Virus record (IMG/VR): IMGVR_UViG_3300025010_000044
From: an uncultured virus (IMG/VR IMGVR_UViG_3300025010_000044)
Lineage: Duplodnaviria > Heunggongvirae > Uroviricota > Caudoviricetes
Direction: 5' to 3' (one strand)
Length of the DNA stretch: 64,000 nucleotides
Within the stretch, counting starts at the first letter, position 1; every line of letters starts with the position of its first letter. The notes under the pieces were generated by a model, which saw only the letters and a list, made by a program, of their open reading frames with translations, was not told the DNA's origin and did not search any database. This document shows, piece after piece, positions 1 through 9,262 of this stretch. The translations under genes were made by a program, and so were the position numbers.

Positions 1-5
1 CACTC

Positions 6-449
6 TCATGGTACACCTCTTTTTTTGTTTGTTAATTGTTCTTCCAATTCTCTTATCCGTTTTTCTTTTTCTGCGAGTTGTAGTTTAAGCATCTCAATCA
101 GATCCTCGTAAGGTTTGATTACCCTTTCTAAAGTTGCGCTGGTAATACCGTTGTAGTTTATTTCCTTCGGTTCACCAATAAAGTTTCCGTGCATCCCTTC
201 TCCCTCAGCTTTTTTATGGAAACTTTCATCGTGGACGGTATAACTTTGGGAGGTTGGGGTATTTATTTTAATTCCCTTTTTTTCTTCAAGGGTTTTTAAT
301 ATTTGGTTGAATAAATCAAGGTCAATGTCCTCTTTTGCCATATGATAGCTAAAATTTGCGGCGGTCATATCAAGCATTTTTGCTATTTGAACATCCTTGA
401 TACCGGAATTCTTTAATAATTTTCTAATTAATTCTTTTCTTTTTAGCAT
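6..449 (-). CDS. CI-like XRE-family HTH repressor with C-terminal coiled coil
   Basis: N-terminal HTH (IKDVQIAKMLDMTAANFSYHM). It is the only substantial leftward gene and diverges from the early operon. Likely ATG at 449. Confidence 0.7.
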   Translation of the reverse strand: MLKRKELIRKLLKNSGIKDVQIAKMLDMTAANFSYHMAKEDIDLDLFNQILKTLEEKKGIKINTPTSQSYTVHDESFHKKAEGEGMHGNFIGEPKEINYNGITSATLERVIKPYEDLIEMLKLQLAEKEKRIRELEEQLTNKKRGVP

Positions 450-495
450 AGAAACCAAACAAATAAACAAAAGTTAAATAAATATAAAAAAATAC

Positions 496-524
496 TTGAC
501 AATGACTTTATAATCATTTATCTT
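496..524 (+). promoter_or_regulatory. Rightward sigma70-like promoter (PR-like) with an overlapping imperfect palindrome
   Basis: TTGACA (496-501), 17 bp spacer, TATCTT (519-524). AATGA..TCATT inverted repeat lies in the spacer. Confidence 0.65.
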
Positions 525-571
525 TACAACGCACTTAAAATGAAATAAAAAACAAAGCAAAGGAGCACAAA

Positions 572-688
572 ATGAAAACAGCAGACCAAACACAAAAACA
601 ACCGCGGAAAGGTTTACAAGCATTTTTTAAGAAACATCATTTTAATGCTACAAAACTTAATCTGCCATTAACAGTAAGAACAAAATAA
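572..688 (+). CDS. Small early protein (38 aa)
   Basis: AAGGAG RBS, then MKTADQTQKQPRKGLQAFFKK...VRTK*. Below the ORF-track size cutoff. Confidence 0.45.
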   Translation: MKTADQTQKQPRKGLQAFFKKHHFNATKLNLPLTVRTK

Positions 689-701
689 CACGGATGAACA
701 A

Positions 702-908
702 ATGAAAACACAAGAACGAAAATTCAAAACCGGTGATGTTGTTACATCTACACCAAACGGAACTAAAATGTGTGTAAGAGGATACAACAAAGAGAACCAG
801 GTAACTTGTGATTGGTTTGATGGACAAAACCAATTCCACCGGGAGCCATTTGATGAAGATCAGTTACACCTTGTTATCGTTGAACAAAAACCGTGTGAGG
901 CGGAATAA
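702..908 (+). CDS. YodC/DUF2158-family small protein
   Basis: FKTGDVV..TPNGTKMCV...VTCDWFDG...FDEDQL motif. Confidence 0.75.
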   Translation: MKTQERKFKTGDVVTSTPNGTKMCVRGYNKENQVTCDWFDGQNQFHREPFDEDQLHLVIVEQKPCEAE

Positions 909-1095
909 TGTTAGGGTTTTTACGAGTTAATTCTTCGGCACCGAATTCTTGTTCGAATAATTTAATTCCCTCGAACCAATGGCATAACACAATACATTCG
1001 TTTGGGTCACCGTCAATATCAGCGAATTCTTTAACTACCATCGCCGGGCTACCCACAACGAGATATACAATTTCTCCAGGTTTGAAATCAGACAT
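874..1095 (-). CDS. YodC/DUF2158-family small protein (second copy, convergent)
   Basis: FKPGEIVYLVVGSPAMVV...VLCHWFEG...FGAEEL. AAAGGA RBS before ATG 1095. Confidence 0.75.
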   Translation of the reverse strand: MSDFKPGEIVYLVVGSPAMVVKEFADIDGDPNECIVLCHWFEGIKLFEQEFGAEELTRKNPNIIPPHTVFVQR

Positions 1096-1141
1096 ACAGT
1101 TTCCTTTGAATTTATAAGACAACAATTAAACAGAGTTAAAA

Positions 1142-1435
1142 ATGAATTTAGAACAGACACAAAATAAAAAAGACTACCGCAAACCGCAAACTATATTTTC
1201 TTTGCAGGAGCGGGAAGAGATAAAAGCCAGAGCCTACAATTTATTGCAAAACGTTAAGGACGGGGTTCAGATTTATCTTGCCGATATGCTTTTTGTTTCA
1301 AAGAACAACATCAACATGGCTTTTGCCGGGCGGAACATGAAACTGATGGCAAGGATCAAAAGTTTTGTTGAGGCTTACGAAATCTCTCCCGAAGAAGCTC
1401 TCTCATACGCAAAACAATTTCAAAGAACTACATGA
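1142..1435 (+). CDS. Putative Cro-like DNA-binding protein
   Basis: HTH-like segment (QIYLADMLFVSKNNINMAFAG). Early rightward position. Confidence 0.45.
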   Translation: MNLEQTQNKKDYRKPQTIFSLQEREEIKARAYNLLQNVKDGVQIYLADMLFVSKNNINMAFAGRNMKLMARIKSFVEAYEISPEEALSYAKQFQRTT

Positions 1436-1562
1436 AACGTAACTTAATATATAAAAGATTCCTAATGTTATCGTTCGGGTATTGTTCGAGCAACGTTCGA
1501 GCGGTTCAGTTAATTAGGAATTAAAAATTAGGAATTAGAAAATAAATTCAAAGGAAAATAAC

Positions 1563-1832
1563 ATGAACGCCGAACTAATTTCCATCCTTTATTATGCATT
1601 CGTTGTAGGAGTTATTATTCATCTTTTTGCGGCTACCTATATAACTATTGTTACGGAAAACCGCATGAAAGCAACCAAAAAATCTTTAACGGTAGAGCGC
1701 GAAGAATGTGCAAGACTTACCAAAGAAAATCAAGCCCTAAGAGAAGCAAACCAACAGATTGGTAAAGAAAGTTTTGAAGAAGGAATTCTGAGGGGGAAGT
1801 CTGAATACTTTTTGAATGAGGTGAAAGCATGA
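1563..1832 (+). CDS. Hypothetical membrane protein
   Basis: N-terminal TM helix plus coiled coil; RBS present. Confidence 0.55.
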   Translation: MNAELISILYYAFVVGVIIHLFAATYITIVTENRMKATKKSLTVEREECARLTKENQALREANQQIGKESFEEGILRGKSEYFLNEVKA

Positions 1833-2089
1833 GAACAGAAATAGGAATTAGGAATTACGAATTAGAAGTAGATAAGCCGATTGAAGATGAGCAAGCATGT
1901 GAGAGTTATGAAGCTGCCATGCATTATGACTGCCGTGTTTGTGCCAAAGCTAAAGATTGTCGATTCAGAAAAGGACCAAGTACAACTTCGGAAAGAATAG
2001 CAGTTGCTTGCTGTATGCTGTTTTGCGTTATCATTGTTGTTGTTGGAATTATTCAAGGAGTAAATTATTTAAGGGAGAAGGTTTTATGA
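1829..2089 (+). CDS. Hypothetical membrane protein with CxxC
   Basis: ATGA coupling to the upstream gene; C-terminal hydrophobic helix. Confidence 0.5.
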   Translation: MRTEIGIRNYELEVDKPIEDEQACESYEAAMHYDCRVCAKAKDCRFRKGPSTTSERIAVACCMLFCVIIVVVGIIQGVNYLREKVL

Positions 2090-2289
2090 GCAAACAAGAT
2101 TTTAGAGTTTTCTCTACTGTTCAATGTACGGAACCGGGTTGCACAAAGAAGATCAAACAAAACGTGATAGAACGGAAACCGGATGCGGATAAGTGTTTTA
2201 GACACTGGCCGTTTGCAAGAAGGAATAGATGCCGGGGGAACCAAAAAACAAACGACAATTCGCCAAAGGCGAACCAAATAACAAATTAG
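2086..2289 (+). CDS. Hypothetical Cys-containing protein
   Basis: ATGA overlap at 2086; MSKQDFRVFSTVQC... Confidence 0.45.
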   Translation: MSKQDFRVFSTVQCTEPGCTKKIKQNVIERKPDADKCFRHWPFARRNRCRGNQKTNDNSPKANQITN

Positions 2290-2303
2290 TAGTAGGAGTT
2301 CAC

Positions 2304-2627
2304 ATGGAGATCGTTCAACACATCGTAGCAAGTAACATTGTGGTTCTTGAAAAGGTAAGAAAAAATTACGGAGATATTCCCGCGCTTGCAAAGAATATTA
2401 AAAGTGAAGGGTTACACAACCCTATACATGTAATTGAATCAAGAAAAGGGCAATACGTGCTGTTGGCGGGGGAAAGAAGGTTAAAGGCTGTAATGTTATT
2501 GGGTGAGCCGTTAATTGCTGTTAGAGTGGTTGAGGCGAAGGTTAGACCGGAGAATTTTTACACGTTCCATCGCAATTACCAAACCGCAAAGAGTACGATT
2601 AAGAATAAGATTATGATTAAGAACTAA
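2304..2627 (+). CDS. Short ParB/Srx N-terminal domain protein
   Basis: GDIPALAKNIKSEGLHNPI...LLAGERRLKA. AGGAG RBS before ATG 2304. Confidence 0.75.
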   Translation: MEIVQHIVASNIVVLEKVRKNYGDIPALAKNIKSEGLHNPIHVIESRKGQYVLLAGERRLKAVMLLGEPLIAVRVVEAKVRPENFYTFHRNYQTAKSTIKNKIMIKN

Positions 2628-2648
2628 ACTAAAAACTGAGAGAGAAAC

Positions 2649-3677
2649 ATGCTTGTAAATATTGGTGATGTTATTATCCGCGAGGATAGAATAAGAAAAG
2701 ATTTTGGGGATATTTCGGAATTAGCTGAGGATATCCTGGTAAATGGTTTGATCAATCCGCCGGTTGTTACGCCGGAGAAGGTTTTACTTGCCGGCGAAAG
2801 AAGAATGATGGCAATGAAACAGCTTGGATATATGCAAGTGGAAGTAAGGATGCTTACAGTACGCGATTACGAACACCGGCTGATGATAGAAATTAGCGAG
2901 AACGAAAACCGGAAGAACTTCTCATTTACCGAAAGAATGGATTTAGCGCGAAGGCTTGAAGCGGTTGAACGGGAAAAGGCAAGAGAAAGAAAAGATGCGA
3001 ATTTGAAGAATTCTCCCGATGTGCCAACATTGGTACATCGAGAAGACGAAGAAGGAAGAACGAATGACAAAGTTGCAACTGCTATTGGTTTAGGTGGTAA
3101 AGAAACATATCGCAAAGCAAAAAAAGTGATTGAGAACGCTGATCCGGAGTTGATAAAAGCGCTTGATGAAAACCAACTGAGCATAAACGGCGCTTATAAA
3201 AAGCTGCAAGAAAGTTTAGCGGAAAAAGAAGAACAGCTATCGAGTAAGGACATAACAATCCAAAATTTGATGAAGAAAAAGGATGACAAAGAAGCCACAA
3301 AAGCGCTTGAACAAAAGCAAGAGGAATTGCGGAAGTTAAAGGGCGAATTAACAAAAGCTGAGACAGAGCTTAAAGGGTTAAGGGAAGTAAAAGAAAAGAA
3401 AGATGAACTTGAATCCCTCCACAAAGAAGTTGAAAAACTGAAAGAGCGCCAGAGCAAAGCCGTGCAAGAGTATAAGGAGATGGGAAAAATTTTCAGTTGG
3501 ATTGATAAAACAAAGGGGTTTATCGGGAATGAGATGTTACAGATACCAACGTTAATGTATTTGCCGGAATCACCAAGTAAAGTAGTAAAAGACGAAGTAA
3601 AGCATATCCTACAAGTTATAAGTGACTGGAGTTATGCAATGAGACAGAAATTTCAAATAGAGGAAGATGAGTTATGA
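2649..3677 (+). CDS. ParB-like nuclease-domain protein with HTH and coiled coil
   Basis: GDISELAEDI..NGLINPP..LLAGERR..EISENENRK. Confidence 0.85.
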   Translation: MLVNIGDVIIREDRIRKDFGDISELAEDILVNGLINPPVVTPEKVLLAGERRMMAMKQLGYMQVEVRMLTVRDYEHRLMIEISENENRKNFSFTERMDLARRLEAVEREKARERKDANLKNSPDVPTLVHREDEEGRTNDKVATAIGLGGKETYRKAKKVIENADPELIKALDENQLSINGAYKKLQESLAEKEEQLSSKDITIQNLMKKKDDKEATKALEQKQEELRKLKGELTKAETELKGLREVKEKKDELESLHKEVEKLKERQSKAVQEYKEMGKIFSWIDKTKGFIGNEMLQIPTLMYLPESPSKVVKDEVKHILQVISDWSYAMRQKFQIEEDEL

Positions 3678-4255
3678 ACGGTGATAACATGGCATTAATG
3701 CCAGCGTTAGATGTAGCGAATTTGCCGATGAACGTGCTAAAGGATTTAGCATTCAGTTTGCAAGGGGAATTAATGAAGCGGACAGTTGCGGATGTAGAGG
3801 AGTTTAAAGCAAAAACAGCCGATACAATAAACTCACAGCAGAATGAAATTGAAAAGTTAAAAAACAATTTGAACGCGCAAAGCGAGAAGGTGTTCTTTAT
3901 TCATGCAAGAAGCGCGGACGAAAAATATTTAACTATGCGAATGTTAGGGAACAGGAATCTTCCTCCGATAGCAAACAAGATGACGCGGCTATTGCAGTAT
4001 GCGGGGATATTGCAGATAGGGAAATCGATTCCTTACAGCAATGCCTTAGCCGGGAAAGAACCGATCGCGATAACGTACAAAATCTCCAACGCGCAAGGGT
4101 ATGAAGGGTTGGGCTACAAATTTCACGAAGCCCGAAGCTGGGAGATCATCCATAAAAAATTAAAGAAAGATGAGCTGTTCAACGGGTTTATGAACTGTTC
4201 TACCAAGGAAGAGCTAGATAAATACATTGGTAAATTACCGATAATATACAGATAA
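3674..4255 (+). CDS. Hypothetical phage DNA-binding or antirepressor-like protein
   Basis: Coupled to the ParB-like gene; coiled coil plus globular C-terminal domain. Confidence 0.45.
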   Translation: MNGDNMALMPALDVANLPMNVLKDLAFSLQGELMKRTVADVEEFKAKTADTINSQQNEIEKLKNNLNAQSEKVFFIHARSADEKYLTMRMLGNRNLPPIANKMTRLLQYAGILQIGKSIPYSNALAGKEPIAITYKISNAQGYEGLGYKFHEARSWEIIHKKLKKDELFNGFMNCSTKEELDKYIGKLPIIYR

Positions 4256-4457
4256 TAATAGGACCGGAAATAAAAATGTTAATGTATAGTTGCTTTTATA
4301 AATTAACTTTTATAGATTACATACGCAAATAATCAGAGTTTAATCAAATGAAAATAAATACCCTTGTTTTGGACGTGAATGGATTTCTTACCAAAGAACT
4401 CGATTATTTGCACACGCTAAAGCAAGGGTTTTTTAATTTATCTCAAAGGAGTTCAAG

Positions 4458-4910
4458 GTGAATAATCTAATATCAATCTTCGACACAATCCCGCGCGGGA
4501 TTTCCTTTGCTATAATAGCGAGGGAAGATAGACCCCATGGACGGGTTCCGGTAAATAGTTTTACCAGAATATTTGTTGAGAACAAACGGGAACGCTATAC
4601 CGAAAAATCTGAAATGGTATTGCAGCGATTCTGTAAGAACCTAAAAGATGAGGTTGACGGATTAACTTTTCAAAAACGGGTAGAAAAGAACGATCCATTT
4701 TTACCGGCGCAAGAAGTGAGGGAAGAACTTTCACACAAATTATGCGTAAGCGAACAAGCGCTAAGAGCATGGTGGAATCCTTGCGATAAGTCGGGGAACA
4801 AAATGGGCATTGGTGATCTGATAGCCTATACCGATAAAATGAAATCAACTTTTTTAATTGAAGCGTTACTAAATGATATAAAAGGATTGGTCCATGCCGG
4901 AAGTTGTTAA
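4458..4910 (+). CDS. Hypothetical protein, possible HTH regulator
   Basis: AAAGGAG RBS, GTG start; HTH-like LSHKLCVSEQALRAWW. Confidence 0.5.
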   Translation: MNNLISIFDTIPRGISFAIIAREDRPHGRVPVNSFTRIFVENKRERYTEKSEMVLQRFCKNLKDEVDGLTFQKRVEKNDPFLPAQEVREELSHKLCVSEQALRAWWNPCDKSGNKMGIGDLIAYTDKMKSTFLIEALLNDIKGLVHAGSC

Positions 4911-5259
4911 AGAAGACAAGCGGAAGAAAAAGCCAACGGTGTTGGAAGGCGGAAATCGTGTTGCGGTCTCCGAGTTGGAAGCTGCACATATCGTTGGATT
5001 AAAAGAGAGCGCTATTTTCAGACGAAAGTTTGTGCCTAAACTTATTCAGCCGAGTTATTACCCGGGAAGCAAGCGGCCGATGTACAATGTTTTTGAAGTT
5101 TTGGGATTGTTAGACAAAACAAAAGTAACGGAAGGTTATCAAGCACAAAAGAGAGCAAATGATGATCTGATTGAAAGAGTAAAAAGGATCACGATGGCGG
5201 GGAAGTTCAAAGTAGAAAGTAAAAAGTATCCGCCAGAGGGCGGATCAGCCATTGGCTGA
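4894..5259 (+). CDS. Putative excisionase-like or winged-helix DNA-binding protein
   Basis: SELEAAHIVGL...FRR...PMY pattern resembles Xis/MerR-like HTH. Confidence 0.4.
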   Translation: MPEVVKEDKRKKKPTVLEGGNRVAVSELEAAHIVGLKESAIFRRKFVPKLIQPSYYPGSKRPMYNVFEVLGLLDKTKVTEGYQAQKRANDDLIERVKRITMAGKFKVESKKYPPEGGSAIG

Positions 5260-5288
5260 GAAATTTAAATTCAAAGGAGTTCAAACAA

Positions 5289-5636
5289 ATGGAAAAAGTT
5301 CACATAAATGATGGCAGCAATAAGCCGATTTGCGGCAGTGAGGAGTTCACAAAATTAACGGGTGTAAAGGAATGCACGTCTTGCTTGGAGTGCCAAAAAT
5401 TACGCACGGAGGCATTGGCAAAGCTAAAACGGCTCCGCAGACTTAATGCTGATAGGGAGATAGTTTCAAACTATTTAAAAGGGGAAAATATAAGTGAGGA
5501 AGATCGAGAATCTTACGGAATCCGCTTAGAAGAGATAGAGGAGGAGACGAAGAAAAATCATCCACAATCAAACAACGAGGCATACATGATGAGTGAACTG
5601 AGTATGCCGATAACCGCAGAGGTAGAACATGTCTGA
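5289..5636 (+). CDS. Hypothetical Zn-binding protein
   Basis: H..C and CxxC motifs; strong RBS. Confidence 0.5.
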   Translation: MEKVHINDGSNKPICGSEEFTKLTGVKECTSCLECQKLRTEALAKLKRLRRLNADREIVSNYLKGENISEEDRESYGIRLEEIEEETKKNHPQSNNEAYMMSELSMPITAEVEHV

Positions 5637-6705
5637 CGTTAATAAAAGTTTACCGGTAATTCAGGACAATAACCAGCTTTCTGTTTTCTTGCGAGAAGTG
5701 GAAAAAGTGATGATCCCCTTGGTGCCGGAGATGTTGAATTTTGTAAAGCCGGAATTGAAACTTGGTTTTGAAAAGATAAGCGTAATAAAAGAGAGAGACG
5801 CATATTGGGTTGAGGGTGGGTACGCGCTTAAATTAACAAAGTTGAACGAAATAGCAGTAGCCGCCGGTATTCAAATTTCTTGCGGAAGGAACCCGGAAAA
5901 AACTTATGATGGAGACGGAAGGATTGCAAATGTAAAACATTACGTGCAGTGGACGTACCGGAACATTGACGGATCGACAAAACGAGGAGAAATAAGCGGT
6001 GAATACAATTATGCTGAGGATATTCAAAAATTCACTGCGAAGTGTGACAAATTTGATGCTAAGGGAAAATTAAAACGCAAAGCCGGTGAAATTGATTGGA
6101 ATAGCATAAACCAACGCCGGGCAAAAGCGGGGCAGCTAGCCGAAAGTAATGCCATTTACAGAGCAATAAATAAGGCATTGCCGAAGTTACGCGGTACTTA
6201 CACAGAAGCGGAACTTAATAAACCGTTCCTTGTGCCTTGTGTGATTGAGGATATTGCGGACATTCTGGCAAAACATCCCGATCTGGAGAATGAATACCTT
6301 CGAGCAAAGTTAGGTCTTGCCGGTATGCTGTATGCAGATCCGCAGCAGATTGAACAAACGAAAAATGAATTTAGACAAACTACTCCGGCTCCAATGTTTG
6401 AGGAAAAGCCAAAAGCTGAAAAGATTGAGGATGCAAAAGTGATAGAAGAAAAGCCGAAGGCAGCAGAAAGCAAGGTTGAAGACCCGGACGAAAAACTTTT
6501 CCCTCCCGGAATGGTTGATAAAGATGAGCGTGCGAAGTTTTATGCGGAGCAGTTTAAGGATTCACCGCAAGAAGAGAGAACGAAAGTAATTAATGATTTG
6601 ATTGCAAAGAAAAGGTTTGAACGGAAAAACAAAGCAACGAGCATCGATACTTACGCCGTAGCGAAGCAGATCGAATTTATTGAGATGCTGTGGAAACTTC
6701 CATAA
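5629..6705 (+). CDS. Phage protein, possibly a recombination or annealing protein
   Basis: Long ORF upstream of the SbcD/SbcC genes. Function inferred from context only. Confidence 0.45.
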   Translation: MSDVNKSLPVIQDNNQLSVFLREVEKVMIPLVPEMLNFVKPELKLGFEKISVIKERDAYWVEGGYALKLTKLNEIAVAAGIQISCGRNPEKTYDGDGRIANVKHYVQWTYRNIDGSTKRGEISGEYNYAEDIQKFTAKCDKFDAKGKLKRKAGEIDWNSINQRRAKAGQLAESNAIYRAINKALPKLRGTYTEAELNKPFLVPCVIEDIADILAKHPDLENEYLRAKLGLAGMLYADPQQIEQTKNEFRQTTPAPMFEEKPKAEKIEDAKVIEEKPKAAESKVEDPDEKLFPPGMVDKDERAKFYAEQFKDSPQEERTKVINDLIAKKRFERKNKATSIDTYAVAKQIEFIEMLWKLP

Positions 6706-6732
6706 TTAGGAATTGTCAATTAGGAATTAGGA

Positions 6733-6879
6733 ATGAAATGTTCGGTTTGCAATAGAGAGTTAAAGAATCCTAAAAGCGTAGAAAAGGGAATTGGTCCGGT
6801 TTGCGAAGGCAAAGCGAACGGCAAAAAAGTTAGAGCGAAAAAAGTAAAGTATAACAAAAAGCAATTGGAAATGTTTTAA
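6733..6879 (+). CDS. DUF6011-like Zn-finger protein (48 aa)
   Basis: CSVCNRELKNPKSVEKGIGPVC. Translated by hand; below the ORF-track cutoff. Confidence 0.7.
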   Translation: MKCSVCNRELKNPKSVEKGIGPVCEGKANGKKVRAKKVKYNKKQLEMF

Positions 6880-6891
6880 GAAGGAGTTTGT

Positions 6892-7272
6892 ATGAGTTCA
6901 AATAGAATAATTGAAGACCCATTCTATAAGATGAAATTTATTGTCTTTAGTATAAAAGATTTAAAAAATGTTGATGAGCAAACCCTATCGGCAATTAAAA
7001 AGCTTAGCGGATATGTTGCACTAAATAGGGGGAAAAGAGGGGCGGAACTCTACCCACAATATTTAACTATCAACCAAGACGAACCATATGCGGAAGAAGT
7101 ATTCGCGGTTATAAAAAGAGGGGAACAAAGCAAATCAAAAAGTGAGCTTATGTCAAATCTGGTTGAAACTTTAAAAATGGTTTATGATAAATATGCAGTG
7201 AAAGAAGGATTTTGGAGCCATGACCGGCAACAAATTCTCGAAGCAATTGCAAAGGCGGAGGGAATAAAATGA
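6892..7272 (+). CDS. Hypothetical phage protein
   Basis: AAGGAG RBS; YLTINQDEPYA motif; AIAKAEG C-terminus. Confidence 0.55.
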   Translation: MSSNRIIEDPFYKMKFIVFSIKDLKNVDEQTLSAIKKLSGYVALNRGKRGAELYPQYLTINQDEPYAEEVFAVIKRGEQSKSKSELMSNLVETLKMVYDKYAVKEGFWSHDRQQILEAIAKAEGIK

Positions 7273-8525
7273 AAAATCAACTTATAGGTTTATTTACCGC
7301 TGATTGGCATTTGGATAAAGACCCGAAAAGAAAAAGGAAAGCGTGTGAATCGCTTGACCAAATGGTGGAATATGTAAAAAACAATCATGTTGATTACATA
7401 GTTCATGGCGGAGATTTTTGGGAAACAAAACAAAACTTCGGCGAAAACAGCGGTGTTGAGTACGGTTTCCAATATCTAAAAGAATTGGCAAAGCATGTAA
7501 AAGCAATTATCATCAATAAGGGTAACAATAACCACGATTACGCCGGGAGTATTAGTCTTCTCCATCAATTGAGGGAGAACATTTTTGCTTACGAATACCC
7601 GGTTTCGCTTGCGCTGTACGATCACGTTAGTAATATACTTGGTGTTGATATTTTGCGTGATGAAGAAACCGGTTATGAAGAAGAACCGGAATTTATTGTA
7701 AACCTTATGCCTTATCCCACAAAGGGAATGATCGTTAGAGACATGAGCATTGATGATAATAATAAAGAGTTTGGAGAAGTGTTTGACGGATTAATGGATA
7801 TGTTCGGAATAACGAACAATAGATATAAATGTCCAAAAGCTTTTACCTTCCACGGTAACGTAAGAGGAAGCAGATTAAGCACAGGACAACCATTAACCGG
7901 GCAAGATATAATAATTTCCCCTCTATCATTACGGAAAGCCAAAGCCGATGTTTACGCATTTGGTCATATTCACAATTGGCAGGAGTTTGAGCCGGATATG
8001 TTTTACACCTCCTCTCTTTACAATTGCAATTTTGGGGAGACGGAACAGAAATATTTTATCGTTAGCAAATTCGATCAGACAGATGAAGGGGTAAAAGTTT
8101 CATCAGAGAAAATAAAGTTTAAGACAGTCCGGCCAATGGTAAATGTAACGGCGGAATTTATTAACGGCGAGTTTGTGATCAACCAGGAAGTGCCGGAGAA
8201 TGCTGAGGTAAAGATAAAGTATAAGATTGAAGAAGATTTGCAAGATCAAATTACCGCTGCAAAAAAGGAAGAGTTAAAGGCAAGGTTTGGGGCGGATGCC
8301 ATTCTTGAGGCTGACATTGTTCCTGTGCAGAGGGAAAGCCGCAGCGTAAAAATAATGGAGGCAAAAAATTTAGCTGAAGAATTTACCGAGTATTGCACAA
8401 TTACCGGAAGAGGTGAAGTGTTTAAGACAAACGGCGATGAAAAAATACTTAAACGCAGTTATCGTGAAAAGATTGAGTTGATTGAGCAAAATATTGCGCC
8501 GGTGGAAGTGCCGGAAGAGTTGTAG
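7269..8525 (+). CDS. sbcD: Mre11/SbcD-like metallophosphoesterase nuclease
   Basis: ADWH, GGD, GNNNHD, FHG, GHIH calcineurin-like motifs. Confidence 0.85.
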   Translation: MKNQLIGLFTADWHLDKDPKRKRKACESLDQMVEYVKNNHVDYIVHGGDFWETKQNFGENSGVEYGFQYLKELAKHVKAIIINKGNNNHDYAGSISLLHQLRENIFAYEYPVSLALYDHVSNILGVDILRDEETGYEEEPEFIVNLMPYPTKGMIVRDMSIDDNNKEFGEVFDGLMDMFGITNNRYKCPKAFTFHGNVRGSRLSTGQPLTGQDIIISPLSLRKAKADVYAFGHIHNWQEFEPDMFYTSSLYNCNFGETEQKYFIVSKFDQTDEGVKVSSEKIKFKTVRPMVNVTAEFINGEFVINQEVPENAEVKIKYKIEEDLQDQITAAKKEELKARFGADAILEADIVPVQRESRSVKIMEAKNLAEEFTEYCTITGRGEVFKTNGDEKILKRSYREKIELIEQNIAPVEVPEEL

Positions 8526-8565
8526 AATTAGTGGAAAGTAGAAAGTTAAAAGGAAGAGAAATAAG

Positions 8566-8886
8566 ATGGAAGAATTTGTAAGACATTTAAAATTTTTACA
8601 AGAATATTTCGATCTGGAAATGAACTACAGCACGAATGGATGGGAAGTTAAGGTAATACACTGGGGAGGATTGGTAGACGAGACACCTTATTTTGAAGTT
8701 GAAATGGATGAGCTGGATGACGCTATTAAACGTGCATATATTATCGGTTTAGAGATTATTGATGGTAAACACTTACAAAAGCGCAACATTAAAGCAGTAA
8801 TGGAGCAATTGGATATAACAGACGAAATATTTGATGAATTTGATAATGACGGAGATTTTGATGAATTGGATGAAGATGAAGTATAA
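8566..8886 (+). CDS. Hypothetical acidic protein
   Basis: ORF with acidic tail; its stop codon lies in the first GTATAAC box. Confidence 0.55.
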   Translation: MEEFVRHLKFLQEYFDLEMNYSTNGWEVKVIHWGGLVDETPYFEVEMDELDDAIKRAYIIGLEIIDGKHLQKRNIKAVMEQLDITDEIFDEFDNDGDFDELDEDEV

Positions 8887-8993
8887 CAGTGTGGAAACTT
8901 ATTTGCAGCGGCTTTAGGAACAACTTTAATGGACAATAAACTTAAACATATTAAACCATACCTCTTTGCAGTTATAAATTTTTTAGCGGTTGT

Positions 8994-9224
8994 ATGAGAA
9001 AAGTTGACATAAACATTTTCTTAGAATTTATATTCAAAAAAAGATTTTACAACGTACTGGACAATGATAAAAAACCGATTAAAATATTACAGATTAGTCG
9101 TGGTGTAGCAAGGTGCGTTTATGATGATGGTAGCAATTTAACTAGGTTGATACGGCGTGAGGATAAGATATTCCACATGCCACCATACTTGCTGGAACAA
9201 ATTCCCGATAAAAAAGATTTATAA
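8994..9224 (+). CDS. Cassette ORF 1, hypothetical
   Basis: Stop codon in TTATAAC; ATGA-coupled to a 22-aa leader at 8929-8997. Confidence 0.5.
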   Translation: MRKVDINIFLEFIFKKRFYNVLDNDKKPIKILQISRGVARCVYDDGSNLTRLIRREDKIFHMPPYLLEQIPDKKDL

Positions 9225-9262
9225 CGTAGTTGCAACTTAAAAGCTGCCAAGAATAAAAGAGA

